Made by a program: the position numbers and the translations under genes. Below are positions 40,175 to 49,852 of a stretch of 64,000 nt of DNA, one piece after another. Numbering within the stretch: the first letter of the stretch is position 1; the number at the start of each line of letters is the position of its first letter. Source of the DNA: Acidobacteriota bacterium (lineage in GTDB: Bacteria > Acidobacteriota > Terriglobia > Acidiferrales > 2-02-FULL-67-57); contig JBBIPK010000007.1 in the NCBI GenBank assembly GCA_037442885.1, positions 4,093 to 68,092 of the forward strand, written 5' to 3'. A model generated the notes under the pieces. It saw only the letters and a list, made by a program, of their open reading frames with translations, was not told the origin of the DNA and did no database searches.

Positions 40175-41977
40175 ATGGCAGGAACACTCGGAAAACTGGC
40201 CGCCAGCGTACGCACCTCGCTCCAATGGTTGCTCCCGAAGCGCATCCCCATCCTCTATCTCGTCTCCGGGGTGCTTCTGCTCTTGAGCGTGGTGCCCCTC
40301 CTGTTCTACAGCCAGGTCGTCGCCCGCCAGAACCGGAACGCCCTCGAAACCAACGAACGGCTCTTGCAGAGCACGATTACGCGTTCCCTGGCGGAGGAAA
40401 TCCGTCTCTACCGGCGCAACCTGGTTACGCAGATTGAGTCCCTCGTGCAAATGCTCCAGACCAGCGGCGCCATTGAAGACGTGGGCGACCCCAAACACGA
40501 AAAACTCCTCCGCGAGGCCACCGAGGCCTTCATCCGCTCGACCGAATACTTCCTCTACGTGGCCATCGTGAATCCCCAAGAGAAGGGGATTCAGGCGGGC
40601 AGCCCAACCCCGCAGGAAGATCCATTTCTCCGTCTGACCATGGACCGGGCCAGACAAGCTGCTCACCAGGGCATGCAGTTCCACGGGGGCGCCATGATCG
40701 TGCAGCGCGGCACTGAACGCATCCCCGTGATGCTGCTCGCCATGCCCATGGTCCACGAGCGCCAGGAAAAAGGGATGATTGCCGCGCTCGTGCGGCTCAA
40801 TTCCTTGCGGGCGCGTCTCCAGGCGTCTAGCCAGTGGCTGCCGGAAGCCAACCGCTGGAGCCTGGTGAGCTACGTCGTCGACCGCAACGGCCGGCTCGTG
40901 CTGCACCCGGACGAGAACAACCCCTTAGGTCAGGACATGACGCAAGTCCCGTTCGTGCAGGATTTCCTTGCTGGCAGCGCGCTGGCCTCGGTCACCGCCA
41001 CCCGCGTCGTCGAAGAAGGGGGCAAGCCAACCGAGATGCTGGGTACGTTCTCGCCGGTGGCAGAGCTCGACTGGGGCGTGATCGCGCAGAAGCCCACCGC
41101 CGACGCCTTCCGCGTGGCTTCGGAGATGGAACGCAACGCGCTCTTGCTGGCCCTCTTGGTCATCCTGCTGAGCGTCGTCATCGGCTACGTCTCCGCCCAG
41201 CGGATTACCACGCCCATCCAGTATTTGGCCCAATCCACCCAGGCCATCGCCAAGGGCGACTTCTCCCAGCGCATCACCCTCACCAGCCGCACCGAAATCG
41301 GCGAGCTGGCCCAGACCTTCAACTTGATGACCGACGACCTAGAGCGTTACGTCGAGCGCCTCAAACAGGCCGCCCAGGAGAACCACGAGCTTTTCCTTGG
41401 CTCCATCCGCACGCTCGCGGCCGCCATTGACGAAAAAGACCCCTACACCCGCGGCCACTCGGGACGTGTCGCCAAGTACTCCGTCATCATCGCCGAGGCT
41501 ATGGCCTTGCCGGAAGAAGAGGTGTACAAGATTCGCATCTCCGCGCTCCTCCACGACGTCGGAAAAATCGGCATTGACGACCGCATCCTCAAGAAGCCCG
41601 CCGGGCTGACCCCGGAAGAGTTCGAGGTCATGAAGCAGCACACCATCAAAGGCGCCAACATCATCCGCCCCGTCGCCCAATTGCGCGAGATGCTGCCCGG
41701 CATCGAATACCACCACGAAAGCCTCGACGGCAAAGGCTATCCCTATGGGCTGAAGGGTGACGAAATTCCCGTGATGGCGCGCATCATCGCCGTGGCCGAC
41801 ACCCTCGACGCCATCACCACCAACCGCCCCTACCAGGCGGCCATGGACCTGGAAGTGGCGCTGGACAAAATCAAGGCACTCGAAGTGAAAAAATTCGACG
41901 CCGCCGTCGTGCATGCCCTCATTGCCGCCGTGGCCGCTGGCCAGCTCAAACTCGCGCCCCAGATGGTCGAAGTCTGA
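40175..41977 (+). CDS. Membrane sensor HD-GYP phosphodiesterase (periplasmic sensor, HAMP, HD-GYP)
   Basis: Two TMs; HAMP (EIGELAQTFNLM); DPYTRGHS, HDVGKIG, HHESLDGKGYP. Confidence 0.92.
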   Translation: MAGTLGKLAASVRTSLQWLLPKRIPILYLVSGVLLLLSVVPLLFYSQVVARQNRNALETNERLLQSTITRSLAEEIRLYRRNLVTQIESLVQMLQTSGAIEDVGDPKHEKLLREATEAFIRSTEYFLYVAIVNPQEKGIQAGSPTPQEDPFLRLTMDRARQAAHQGMQFHGGAMIVQRGTERIPVMLLAMPMVHERQEKGMIAALVRLNSLRARLQASSQWLPEANRWSLVSYVVDRNGRLVLHPDENNPLGQDMTQVPFVQDFLAGSALASVTATRVVEEGGKPTEMLGTFSPVAELDWGVIAQKPTADAFRVASEMERNALLLALLVILLSVVIGYVSAQRITTPIQYLAQSTQAIAKGDFSQRITLTSRTEIGELAQTFNLMTDDLERYVERLKQAAQENHELFLGSIRTLAAAIDEKDPYTRGHSGRVAKYSVIIAEAMALPEEEVYKIRISALLHDVGKIGIDDRILKKPAGLTPEEFEVMKQHTIKGANIIRPVAQLREMLPGIEYHHESLDGKGYPYGLKGDEIPVMARIIAVADTLDAITTNRPYQAAMDLEVALDKIKALEVKKFDAAVVHALIAAVAAGQLKLAPQMVEV

Positions 41978-42070
41978 GCTCGCCCTCCTCGTCTTCTCCC
42001 GGTTGTTAGAAAAGCGCGATTGCCCTCTGCTAGAATAGCCCTCGGATTTCGAATCGGTCGCCGCAAACCG

Positions 42071-43030
42071 ATGAGCGAAAGCGAACGGATGGGCTGGCGC
42101 GCCCGCCTGCAGCGCGCGGTGGAGCGTACGCGCGAGCAACTAAGCCAGCGACTGGATGCTTTCCTGCGCGATCGTCCGGCCCTGGCTCCCGAACAGCTTG
42201 CGGACTTGGAGGCCGTATTGCTTGCCGCTGACGTCGGCCTGCCCACCACTAAGCAAATTCTCAGCCGCCTGCGGGAGCGCCTCGAGCGCAATCCGGAATC
42301 CAACGGAACCGCGGTGCGCGAGTTGCTGCGGGAAGAGCTGCTCGCCGTGTTGCACAGCCTGCCCCCGACCGAGCGCACCGGCGTTGCGGGAGCTTCGCCA
42401 GCGGTTGTTCTGTTCGTGGGTGTGAATGGCACCGGCAAGACGACCAGCGTCGCCAAACTGGCGCACCGCTTGCAGCAAGAGCGAAAGAAGGTGCTGCTCT
42501 GCGCCGCGGATACCTTCCGCGCGGCCGCCGGCGAGCAACTGGAAATCTGGGCCGAGCGGCTGGGCTGCGAAATCCTCCGGCAACAACCCGGTGCAGACCC
42601 GGCCGCCGTCGTCTATGACGCCGTAAAGGCGGCGCAGACACGCGGCTTGGACGCGGTGTTGGTGGATACGGCCGGACGGCTTCACACCCGCAGCAACCTG
42701 ATGGCGGAGCTCGAAAAAATCAAGCGCACCGCCCAAAAGCTGGTGGTCGGCGCTCCCCAGGAAATCCTGCTCGTACTCGATGCTCCCACCGGGCAGAACG
42801 GACTGGCGCAGGCGCGCGAGTTCACCGGGCGGGTGGGCGTGACGGGCATCGTGCTGACCAAACTCGACGGCACCGCCAAGGGCGGCGTCACCATCGCCAT
42901 CGCCCGCGACCTCGCCCTCCCCATCCGCTACCTGGGCACCGGCGAGCAACTCGACGACCTGGTGGAGTTCGACGCAGAAGCGTTCGTGGATTCCCTGCTC
43001 GGACTGCCGGTGTCCGAAACCCGCGCCTAG
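42071..43030 (+). CDS. ftsY: SRP receptor FtsY
   Basis: GVNGTGKTT, DTFRAAA, DTAGR, TKLDGTAKGG. Confidence 0.97.
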   Translation: MSESERMGWRARLQRAVERTREQLSQRLDAFLRDRPALAPEQLADLEAVLLAADVGLPTTKQILSRLRERLERNPESNGTAVRELLREELLAVLHSLPPTERTGVAGASPAVVLFVGVNGTGKTTSVAKLAHRLQQERKKVLLCAADTFRAAAGEQLEIWAERLGCEILRQQPGADPAAVVYDAVKAAQTRGLDAVLVDTAGRLHTRSNLMAELEKIKRTAQKLVVGAPQEILLVLDAPTGQNGLAQAREFTGRVGVTGIVLTKLDGTAKGGVTIAIARDLALPIRYLGTGEQLDDLVEFDAEAFVDSLLGLPVSETRA

Positions 43031-43032
43031 CC

Positions 43033-44154
43033 ATGCCCACTCGCACACAATCCCGAACCGATGCAGACTGGATGGAACAGACACTGGCGCTGGCGGCACA
43101 GGCGCACGGCTTGGCCAGTCCCAACCCGCTCGTGGGCGCCGTCGTTGTCCGCGACGATGAGGTGGTCGGGCAGGCCTTCCACACCTACGCGGGCGTGAAG
43201 CACGCCGAAGTACTCGCCCTGGAACAGGCCGGCGCCCGTGCCCGCGGCGCGACACTCTACACCAACCTTGAACCCTGCACCCACACCGGGCGCACCCCGC
43301 CCTGCGTGGACGCAATCCTCGCGGCCGGCATCCAGCGCGTCGTGGCGGCGATTCCCGACCCGAACCCGGCGGTGAACGGCCGGGGATTCGAGAAGTTACG
43401 GGCGGCAGGCCTGGAAGTAAGCGTTGGCCTGCTGGAGGAAGAGGCTCGGCAGCTCAACGAGGCTTTTGCCTGTTTCATCCGCCTGCGCCGGCCGCATGTG
43501 ACGCTGAAGGCTGCGCTCTCGCTCGACGCCAAGATCGCCGGCGGCGAGGGCCACCGCTGGATCAGCTCGCAAGAGTCACGCGCCTACGTGCAGACGCTCC
43601 GGCACCAGCACGATGCGGTTCTGACCGGCGTAGGCACGGTGCTTGCCGATGACCCGCGGCTCACCGACCGCAGCGGCCGCCCGCGGCGGCGTCCCCTGCT
43701 GCGCGTCGTGCTCGACACGCGACTCCGCCTCCCGCTCGATTCCCAACTCGTGCGCGGCGCCGAGGATGACCTGCTGGTGTTCACCTCCGCTGATTCCTCA
43801 CCCGGCAAGCGACGTGAGCTCGAAGCGCGCGGCATTAAAATCGAGTTCGTTCAGGAGATGAGCGGCAAGCTGGGCTTGCCCGGTGTCCTGCGCCATCTGG
43901 CAGAGCGCGAGATTGCCAGCGTCCTGCTCGAGGGGGGCGCCCACGTGAACGCGAATGCGCTGGACTCAAATCTGGTGGACAAGGTCTTTCTGTTTTATGC
44001 CCCCAGATTTCTCGGCAGCGAGCACACCGTCCCCTTGCTCGCGGACGGAGCCAGTGTGAGCTCCGCCATCAGGCTTCAGCGCTATCACGTGCACCGGTTT
44101 GGCCCCGACTTTGCCATCGAAGGCTGGTTACGCGATGTTTACCGGGATCATTGA
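43033..44154 (+). CDS. ribD: Bifunctional riboflavin deaminase/reductase RibD
   Basis: HAE, LEPCTH..RTPPC, SLDAKIA, LEGG. Confidence 0.96.
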   Translation: MPTRTQSRTDADWMEQTLALAAQAHGLASPNPLVGAVVVRDDEVVGQAFHTYAGVKHAEVLALEQAGARARGATLYTNLEPCTHTGRTPPCVDAILAAGIQRVVAAIPDPNPAVNGRGFEKLRAAGLEVSVGLLEEEARQLNEAFACFIRLRRPHVTLKAALSLDAKIAGGEGHRWISSQESRAYVQTLRHQHDAVLTGVGTVLADDPRLTDRSGRPRRRPLLRVVLDTRLRLPLDSQLVRGAEDDLLVFTSADSSPGKRRELEARGIKIEFVQEMSGKLGLPGVLRHLAEREIASVLLEGGAHVNANALDSNLVDKVFLFYAPRFLGSEHTVPLLADGASVSSAIRLQRYHVHRFGPDFAIEGWLRDVYRDH

Positions 44155-44788
44155 AGAAGTCGGCCGGATTGCCACACTCGACGTCACTCCCGCGGGCGGG
44201 CGGCTGCGCGTCCAGGCAAAGAAAGTCATGGACCGAGTGCGTGCCGGCTCCAGCATCGCGGTCAACGGCGTGTGCCTGACGGTGACGGCGCTGGTAGACG
44301 GCAGTTTCTCTGTGGACTTGTCGGATGAAACCGTGCGGCGCACGAGTTTTCGCCACCTGGGTCCCGGTCGCGGTGTCAACCTAGAATTGCCGCTCACCCC
44401 GAGCACGCCGCTCGGCGGCCACATCGTGCAGGGACACGTGGACGGAACGGGCATCTTCCGGGCGCTTGAACCTTCGGGAGAGAATTACTGGCTGCGCGTC
44501 GAGGTGCCGCCGGAACTCGAGCGCTATCTGGTGGAGAAGGGCTCGGTAGCGATCGAAGGCATCAGCCTGACGGTGGCCACGCTGCAAGGACAAGAACTCG
44601 GCGTCGCCATCATCCCCTACACCTATGAAAACACCAACCTCCGAGAACTCCAGCGCGGAGAACACGTCAACATCGAGTGCGATGTGCTGGCGAAATACGT
44701 AGAAAAACTGCTGGGAGCGGAACGCGCCGCCCGCCAAACCTCAGAAGCGAAGATTACCTTGAGCCGCTTGCTCGAAGAGGGGTTTTAG
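44135..44788 (+). CDS. ribE: Riboflavin synthase (alpha chain)
   Basis: N-terminal MFTGIIEE, NGVCLTV, GGHIVQGHVD. Confidence 0.97.
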   Translation: MFTGIIEEVGRIATLDVTPAGGRLRVQAKKVMDRVRAGSSIAVNGVCLTVTALVDGSFSVDLSDETVRRTSFRHLGPGRGVNLELPLTPSTPLGGHIVQGHVDGTGIFRALEPSGENYWLRVEVPPELERYLVEKGSVAIEGISLTVATLQGQELGVAIIPYTYENTNLRELQRGEHVNIECDVLAKYVEKLLGAERAARQTSEAKITLSRLLEEGF

Positions 44789-44791
44789 TCC

Positions 44792-44950
44792 GTGCGCCGA
44801 GTCCGTCGCAAGCCCCGCCGCAAGCGACCGGCCAGGAAAAAACCCCGCCGCTCCGGCCAAGTGCTCGAGTTCTTTTCCAAGCAGAAAGAGGGCGGTGAGT
44901 TTCGCGTCTACCTGCCCCCCAGTTGGGCCCAGCGACGTCCCGCCCGATGA
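44792..44950 (+). CDS. Possible 52-aa highly basic small protein
   Basis: GTG 3 nt after the ribE stop: MRRVRRKPRRKRPARKKPRRSGQVLEFFSKQKEGGEFRVYLPPSWAQRRPAR. Confidence 0.35.
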   Translation: MRRVRRKPRRKRPARKKPRRSGQVLEFFSKQKEGGEFRVYLPPSWAQRRPAR

Positions 44951-44966
44951 GCGTCCGAACAATCTT

Positions 44967-46223
44967 CTAGGGTCTCTCCAGGCCTCCGCCCGCTCTTGCA
45001 TCACTGCGCTTGAGCAGCAGCGCGAAGACAAAACCCACCAGACCGAGCGTGGCGAATACGATCATCCCCGCGGTGTAGGTCTGCGTCGCATCCCGTAGCC
45101 GGCCCACGACCCAAGGGAAGGTAGCCAGGCCGAAATTCTGAATCATGGTCATCAAGCCGAAGGCTGTGCCCACGCTCTTCGCTTCCACGATCAGCGGAAC
45201 CGCCGGCCACAGGGCTGCCGGCACCAAGGAGAAAGCCAGCCCGATGACTACCATCGGCGCAATGGGAGTGAATGTTGTCAGCCCCAATGCCAGATAGCAC
45301 GGCACCAGCATGAGCGAGCCCACCAGCATCATGCTCCCGCGGCGGCCCAGCTTGTCCACCATCCGGCCCAAGATGGGCGACAGAATCATCGAAGCAAAGA
45401 TGACAATGCTCGTGATGCGGCCTGCCGTGACTACCTCGTAGCCCCACTTCGTGTGGATGAAGTCAGTGGAAAAAGCGGTGAAGGGAAAGATGGCGGAGTA
45501 GAAGGTGACGCACAGGGCCGTGACGAACCAGTAGGAGGGGCTGAAGTGCTTGACATCGGAGAGGACGATCTTGTCTCCCGCCGCCGCCTCGCTCAGCTTT
45601 ACCCGCCCGAGGGCGCGCCGCTCCAGGAACACATAGACGAGGTTCGACACCATCGAGAGCGCGCACAGGAGCACCGCTGCCCACAAGGCGATGCGCCAGC
45701 TTCCGAAACGCTCGGCAATCCAAGCCTCGGTGTTGAAGCTGAAGAGCGTCCCCAGGCGCATGAACGTCAACCCCAGGCCGAACGCGAGCGCCAGTTCCCT
45801 GCCCTTGAACCACTTGGCCGAGATGGCGCTCTGGCACACGATGAGCGACTCGGCCCCGATGCCGAAGATAACGCGGCCGACGAGCATGAGCCAGAAGGCC
45901 GGCGCCGCGGCCACGATGGTGGCCCCGAGCACGATGAGACCGGAAAACACCAAGCTCATTCGCCGCGTACCAAAGCGGTCGATCAGGAAACCCCCGATGA
46001 AGACCATAATGATGTTCGGCCAACTGTAGAAGCTGTAGAGCATCCCGATCTGCTCGCGGCCGATTCCCATCCCCTCGATGATGAGCGGCGCCAGCGCCCC
46101 GATGCTGTCATAAGCGAAATAATTCCCCACGAGCATCAGGCTGACAAAGACCAGGATGGTGAATCGGTAGGCGGCACGGCTCGGATGGAACGGGCCGGGT
46201 GTGGCTGGCTCCAGGCTGTTCAC
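44967..46223 (-). CDS. MFS transporter, MFSD1-like
   Basis: About 12 TM; YFAYD, YSWPN..GGFLIDRFG, GTAFGLMTMIQN. Confidence 0.9.
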   Translation of the reverse strand: MNSLEPATPGPFHPSRAAYRFTILVFVSLMLVGNYFAYDSIGALAPLIIEGMGIGREQIGMLYSFYSWPNIIMVFIGGFLIDRFGTRRMSLVFSGLIVLGATIVAAAPAFWLMLVGRVIFGIGAESLIVCQSAISAKWFKGRELALAFGLGLTFMRLGTLFSFNTEAWIAERFGSWRIALWAAVLLCALSMVSNLVYVFLERRALGRVKLSEAAAGDKIVLSDVKHFSPSYWFVTALCVTFYSAIFPFTAFSTDFIHTKWGYEVVTAGRITSIVIFASMILSPILGRMVDKLGRRGSMMLVGSLMLVPCYLALGLTTFTPIAPMVVIGLAFSLVPAALWPAVPLIVEAKSVGTAFGLMTMIQNFGLATFPWVVGRLRDATQTYTAGMIVFATLGLVGFVFALLLKRSDARAGGGLERP

Positions 46224-46254
46224 GATTCGCCCGTGGCCTCCGTTCCTCGGCCCC

Positions 46255-47031
46255 TTAGCGGGCTCCGGCTCCCAGCGCGGGCATGGCGTCGAGCTCGCGA
46301 AAGTCGCGGATGACTTCGTCCTCCGACCGGTTCCATTCGGCCACGCTGCCGAAAAACGCCACGCGCCCTTCGTGTAGAAAGACCATGCGGTCGGCCAGCC
46401 GCGTGGCCAACCGCACGTCGTGGGTCACGACGATGGACGTCTTGTGGAACTTCTCCTTCAACTTGGCAATCAGCTCGGTAATGGTCTGGGCCATCAACGG
46501 GTCCACCATCGTTGTCGGCTCGTCGTAGAGCACGGCATCCGGGTCCGCCACCAGCGCCCGCGCAATCGCCACCGCCCGCTTCATCCCGGTGGAGAGGTCG
46601 GAGGGCATGTGGTTTGCATACTCTTCCAGCTCCACTTCGCGGAGCATGGCAGATACGCGACGCTCTTTTTCCTCCTCGCTCAGCCCCGCGCGCTCCTCCA
46701 GCGGAAAGGCCACGTTTTCCGCCACGGTCAGAGAATCGAACAACGCGCCGGACTGGAACACCATTGCCGTCCGCTTGCGGATTTCGATCAACTCGTCTTC
46801 CGAAGCATCGGTGATGTCGCGGCCCGCCACCCAGACGCGTCCCTGGTCGGGCTTGAGAAAGCCAACGATATGCTTGAGGGTGACGCTCTTGCCCACGCCA
46901 CTCCGGCCCAGGATGGCAACCGTCTCTCCCGGCACGACGTCAAAACTGACATCGATCAACACCGGCACTTCGTCAAAGGATTTGTAAACGTGCTCGAAAC
47001 GGATATAGGGCGCAGAGGGTTCCATCCTCAT
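46255..47031 (-). CDS. ABC transporter ATP-binding subunit (MlaF/Mkl-like)
   Basis: GRSGVGKS, MVFQSGALFDS, LSTGMKR, LYDEPT, VTHD. Confidence 0.9.
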   Translation of the reverse strand: MRMEPSAPYIRFEHVYKSFDEVPVLIDVSFDVVPGETVAILGRSGVGKSVTLKHIVGFLKPDQGRVWVAGRDITDASEDELIEIRKRTAMVFQSGALFDSLTVAENVAFPLEERAGLSEEEKERRVSAMLREVELEEYANHMPSDLSTGMKRAVAIARALVADPDAVLYDEPTTMVDPLMAQTITELIAKLKEKFHKTSIVVTHDVRLATRLADRMVFLHEGRVAFFGSVAEWNRSEDEVIRDFRELDAMPALGAGAR

Positions 47032-47177
47032 CTGCAGGCGGCGTTATTGTTCCCGATTCGTATGCCAAATGCAAACGCCGCTGCTTGCATCCTTTGCCCC
47101 CCTCCATCATCCAATAGTCGTTTGAGAACACCGTGGTCATTGGGCATACTGATCGGCAAGGCTTCGGGAGACGACGG

Positions 47178-47975
47178 GTGAAACGGAGTTGGAATTGGGC
47201 CATCTATGCGGGTTTTGCGGTCGTAGTGTTCGCGTTCGTCAGCTATTTTCTGCTTTTCAGCCAGTTTCCCCTCACGCGCGATTTCCCCTGGCTGAATCTG
47301 CTTCTGTTTGCGCTGGGGCTCGGGCTGCTCTGGACCGGCTCGCGGCGCGGCTGGCGCCAGCGCGAGCAATACCGTGGGCGTATCGCCGGGCCGACATTGG
47401 CCATGCTCAGCGTCCTCGTGCTGGGCTTTTTTCTCTTCTACAACTTCTCCTTTTCGGCCCAACTGCCCGAGTCCCGTGGCGCGCCCAAGGTGGGTGAGGC
47501 CGCACCGGACTTCACTCTGCCGGATCAGGAAGGCAAGCCGGTCAAGCTTTCCGAGCTCCGGGGGCAACCCGTTTTGCTGGTTTTCTACCGCGGCTACTGG
47601 TGACCCTTCTGCAACTCTGAGCTGCGCGGTCTGCAGCAGCACCTGGAAGAATTCAAGAAGCGCAACGTCCGCCTGATCGCTGTATCCGTGGATCCGCCCG
47701 AGCAAAGCAAGAAACTGGCCGCCGACCGCGGCTACACCTTCCCGATTCTCTCGGACGCGGAACGCCGCGTCATTCGACACTACGACCTCGTCCATCCCGG
47801 CGGAGGCCCCGGCGGAACTGACATTGCGCGCCCGGCCGAATTCCTCCTCGACGCCGACGGCATCATCCGCTGGGTGAACCTGACCGAAAGCTACCGCATT
47901 CGCGCCAAGCCGGAAGATATCCTGGCCGTCATTGACCGGCTGCCGCTCGGCTCCCCTCAGCCCCCACCCAACTGA
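47178..47975 (+). CDS. Membrane-anchored peroxiredoxin-like (AhpC/TSA) selenoprotein, in-frame UGA at 47601-47603
   Basis: ORFs 47133..47603 and 47688..47975 are in one frame; readthrough gives FYRGYW-U-PFCNSEL (UxxC); GTG start with GGGAG RBS; three TM helices precede the thioredoxin fold. Confidence 0.88.
47621..47637 (+). promoter_or_regulatory. Putative bacterial SECIS hairpin
   Basis: GCTGC-GCGGTCT-GCAGC stem-loop starting 17 nt after the UGA. Confidence 0.65.
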
Positions 47976-48103
47976 CCCCTGTTGCGCCGCCCGCAGCGCT
48001 TGAGTATAGTTAGCCCGCGAGCGGGAAGTCGGCGCTCCGGCTTACGCGTGGAATCGCGTCTTCGCCCGGAGCGGTGCACGTCTAGGGAAAAGTGGAGGGC
48101 TCG

Positions 48104-48730
48104 ATGGCAAGTCTGCTGGCACGGCTGCTGCCGCAAGAGAAGAGTTTTTTCGTTCAATTCACCGCGGTCGCCGAGAACATCGAGGCCGGGGCCCGCGCAC
48201 TGGTGGACTTACTGGAAGACTATCGAGACGTCGAGAAAAAGATCGCCCACATCAAAGACCTGGAGCACCGCGGCGATCAAATGACCCACGAACTCTTTAC
48301 CCAGCTCAACCAGACGTTCATCACCCCCTTTGACCGTGAAGACATCTATGAGCTGGCGAGCAAGCTGGACGACGTGCTCGACCTCCTGGATGCGGCCGCC
48401 ACGCGCTTGGGCATCTATCGCATCGAAAGGCCGCGCGCCGGGGCCGCCGAGCTGGCCCACATCGTGCTGAAGTCCGCTGAAGCGATCCGGTCTGCCGTGG
48501 TGCAACTGGAGAAACACGACCGCATCTTCGACCACTGCGTGGAAATCAACCGGCTGGAAAACGAGGCCGACCGCATGGTCCGCAGCCTGATCGCCAAGCT
48601 GTTCGAAGAGGAAAAAAATCCAGTCGAAATCATCAAGTGGAAGGAACTGTTCGAAGTTCTCGAGATCGCCACGGACAAGTGCGAGGACGTTGCCAACGTC
48701 CTCGAAGGCGTCGTGCTGAAGAGCGCGTGA
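48104..48730 (+). CDS. DUF47 / PhoU-like Pit accessory protein
   Basis: LEHRGD, FITPFDREDI, LENEAD, DKCEDVA; upstream of pit. Confidence 0.92.
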   Translation: MASLLARLLPQEKSFFVQFTAVAENIEAGARALVDLLEDYRDVEKKIAHIKDLEHRGDQMTHELFTQLNQTFITPFDREDIYELASKLDDVLDLLDAAATRLGIYRIERPRAGAAELAHIVLKSAEAIRSAVVQLEKHDRIFDHCVEINRLENEADRMVRSLIAKLFEEEKNPVEIIKWKELFEVLEIATDKCEDVANVLEGVVLKSA

Positions 48731-48776
48731 GCCTCCCCACCTCTAGACCCCTGTCTGATTGAGCGGAGCGCACCGC

Positions 48777-49763
48777 GTGGAGACTACCAGCCTACTGGCT
48801 CTGATTGTACTGATGGCTCTCCTGTTCGAGTTTGCCAACGGCTGGAACGACGCCGCCAACTCCATCGCCACCATTGTCTCCACCCGTGTCCTGACCCCGT
48901 TGCCGGCGGTCGCCTGGGCAGCCTTCTGGAACTTCTTTGCCGCGTTTGTCTTTGGGACGGCCGTGGCCAAGACCATGGGCAAGGGTCTGGTTCACTTGGA
49001 GATGGTCAACGAGTACGTCCTTCTCACCGGCTTGATGGGAGCCATCATCTGGACGGGCGTCTGCACCTGGCTGGGGCTTCCCATCAGTGTTTCGCATTCC
49101 CTGATGGGAGGCTACGGCGGCGCCGCCGTGGCCAAGGCCGGCGTGGGCGCGATTATCGCGTCGGGATGGATCAAACCCGTGCTCTTCATTTTCCTGGCGC
49201 CCTTCGTGGGCTTGTTCGCCGCACTGGCGGTGACGGTCGTGACCAGTTGGCTGGTGCGCAATCAGGTGCCGCATCACGTCGACCGGTGGTTTCGGCGGCT
49301 GCAACTGGTATCGGCAGCGGGCTACAGCCTCGGGCACGGAACGAATGATGCGCAGAAAGGGATGGGAATCATTACCGCAGCGTTAGTGGCGGGTGGAGCG
49401 CTCCAGACCTATGAAGTTCCCTTCTGGGTCATCATCTCCTGCCACGCCGCCATTGCGGGCGGCACCGTGATTGGCGGCTGGCGCGTCATCAAAACCATGG
49501 GACAGCACATCACGAAGTTGAACCCCTTCGGCGGCTTTGCAGCTGAAACCGCCGGCGCTGTAACCCTGTTTGGAACCGCGCAAGCCGGCATCCCGGTAAG
49601 CACCACGCACACGATTACCGGTTGCATCATCGGAGTGGGAGCGGCGCGAAGGCTGACCGCGGTGCGCTGGGGCGTGACCCGGCGCATCCTCTGGGCCTGG
49701 ATTCTGACCATCCCCGGCGCTGCCGCGCTCGGTGCCCTGCTCTATGCCGTGCTCGGCAGATGA
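48777..49763 (+). CDS. pit: PiT family inorganic phosphate transporter
   Basis: [12 protein letters not shown] and HGTNDAQK signatures. Confidence 0.94.
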   Translation: METTSLLALIVLMALLFEFANGWNDAANSIATIVSTRVLTPLPAVAWAAFWNFFAAFVFGTAVAKTMGKGLVHLEMVNEYVLLTGLMGAIIWTGVCTWLGLPISVSHSLMGGYGGAAVAKAGVGAIIASGWIKPVLFIFLAPFVGLFAALAVTVVTSWLVRNQVPHHVDRWFRRLQLVSAAGYSLGHGTNDAQKGMGIITAALVAGGALQTYEVPFWVIISCHAAIAGGTVIGGWRVIKTMGQHITKLNPFGGFAAETAGAVTLFGTAQAGIPVSTTHTITGCIIGVGAARRLTAVRWGVTRRILWAWILTIPGAAALGALLYAVLGR

Positions 49764-49852
49764 AACCGCAAGAGGCCAGGGCGGATTTTGACCTGCCCGG
49801 AGATTCTTCTATAATTTGAGTTCGATAGGGTCGCCCAATCGCAGCCGCAACT

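Noticed and set aside
47688-47975. Stand-alone 95-aa gene
   Set aside because: It is the in-frame C-terminal part of the UGA-readthrough protein.
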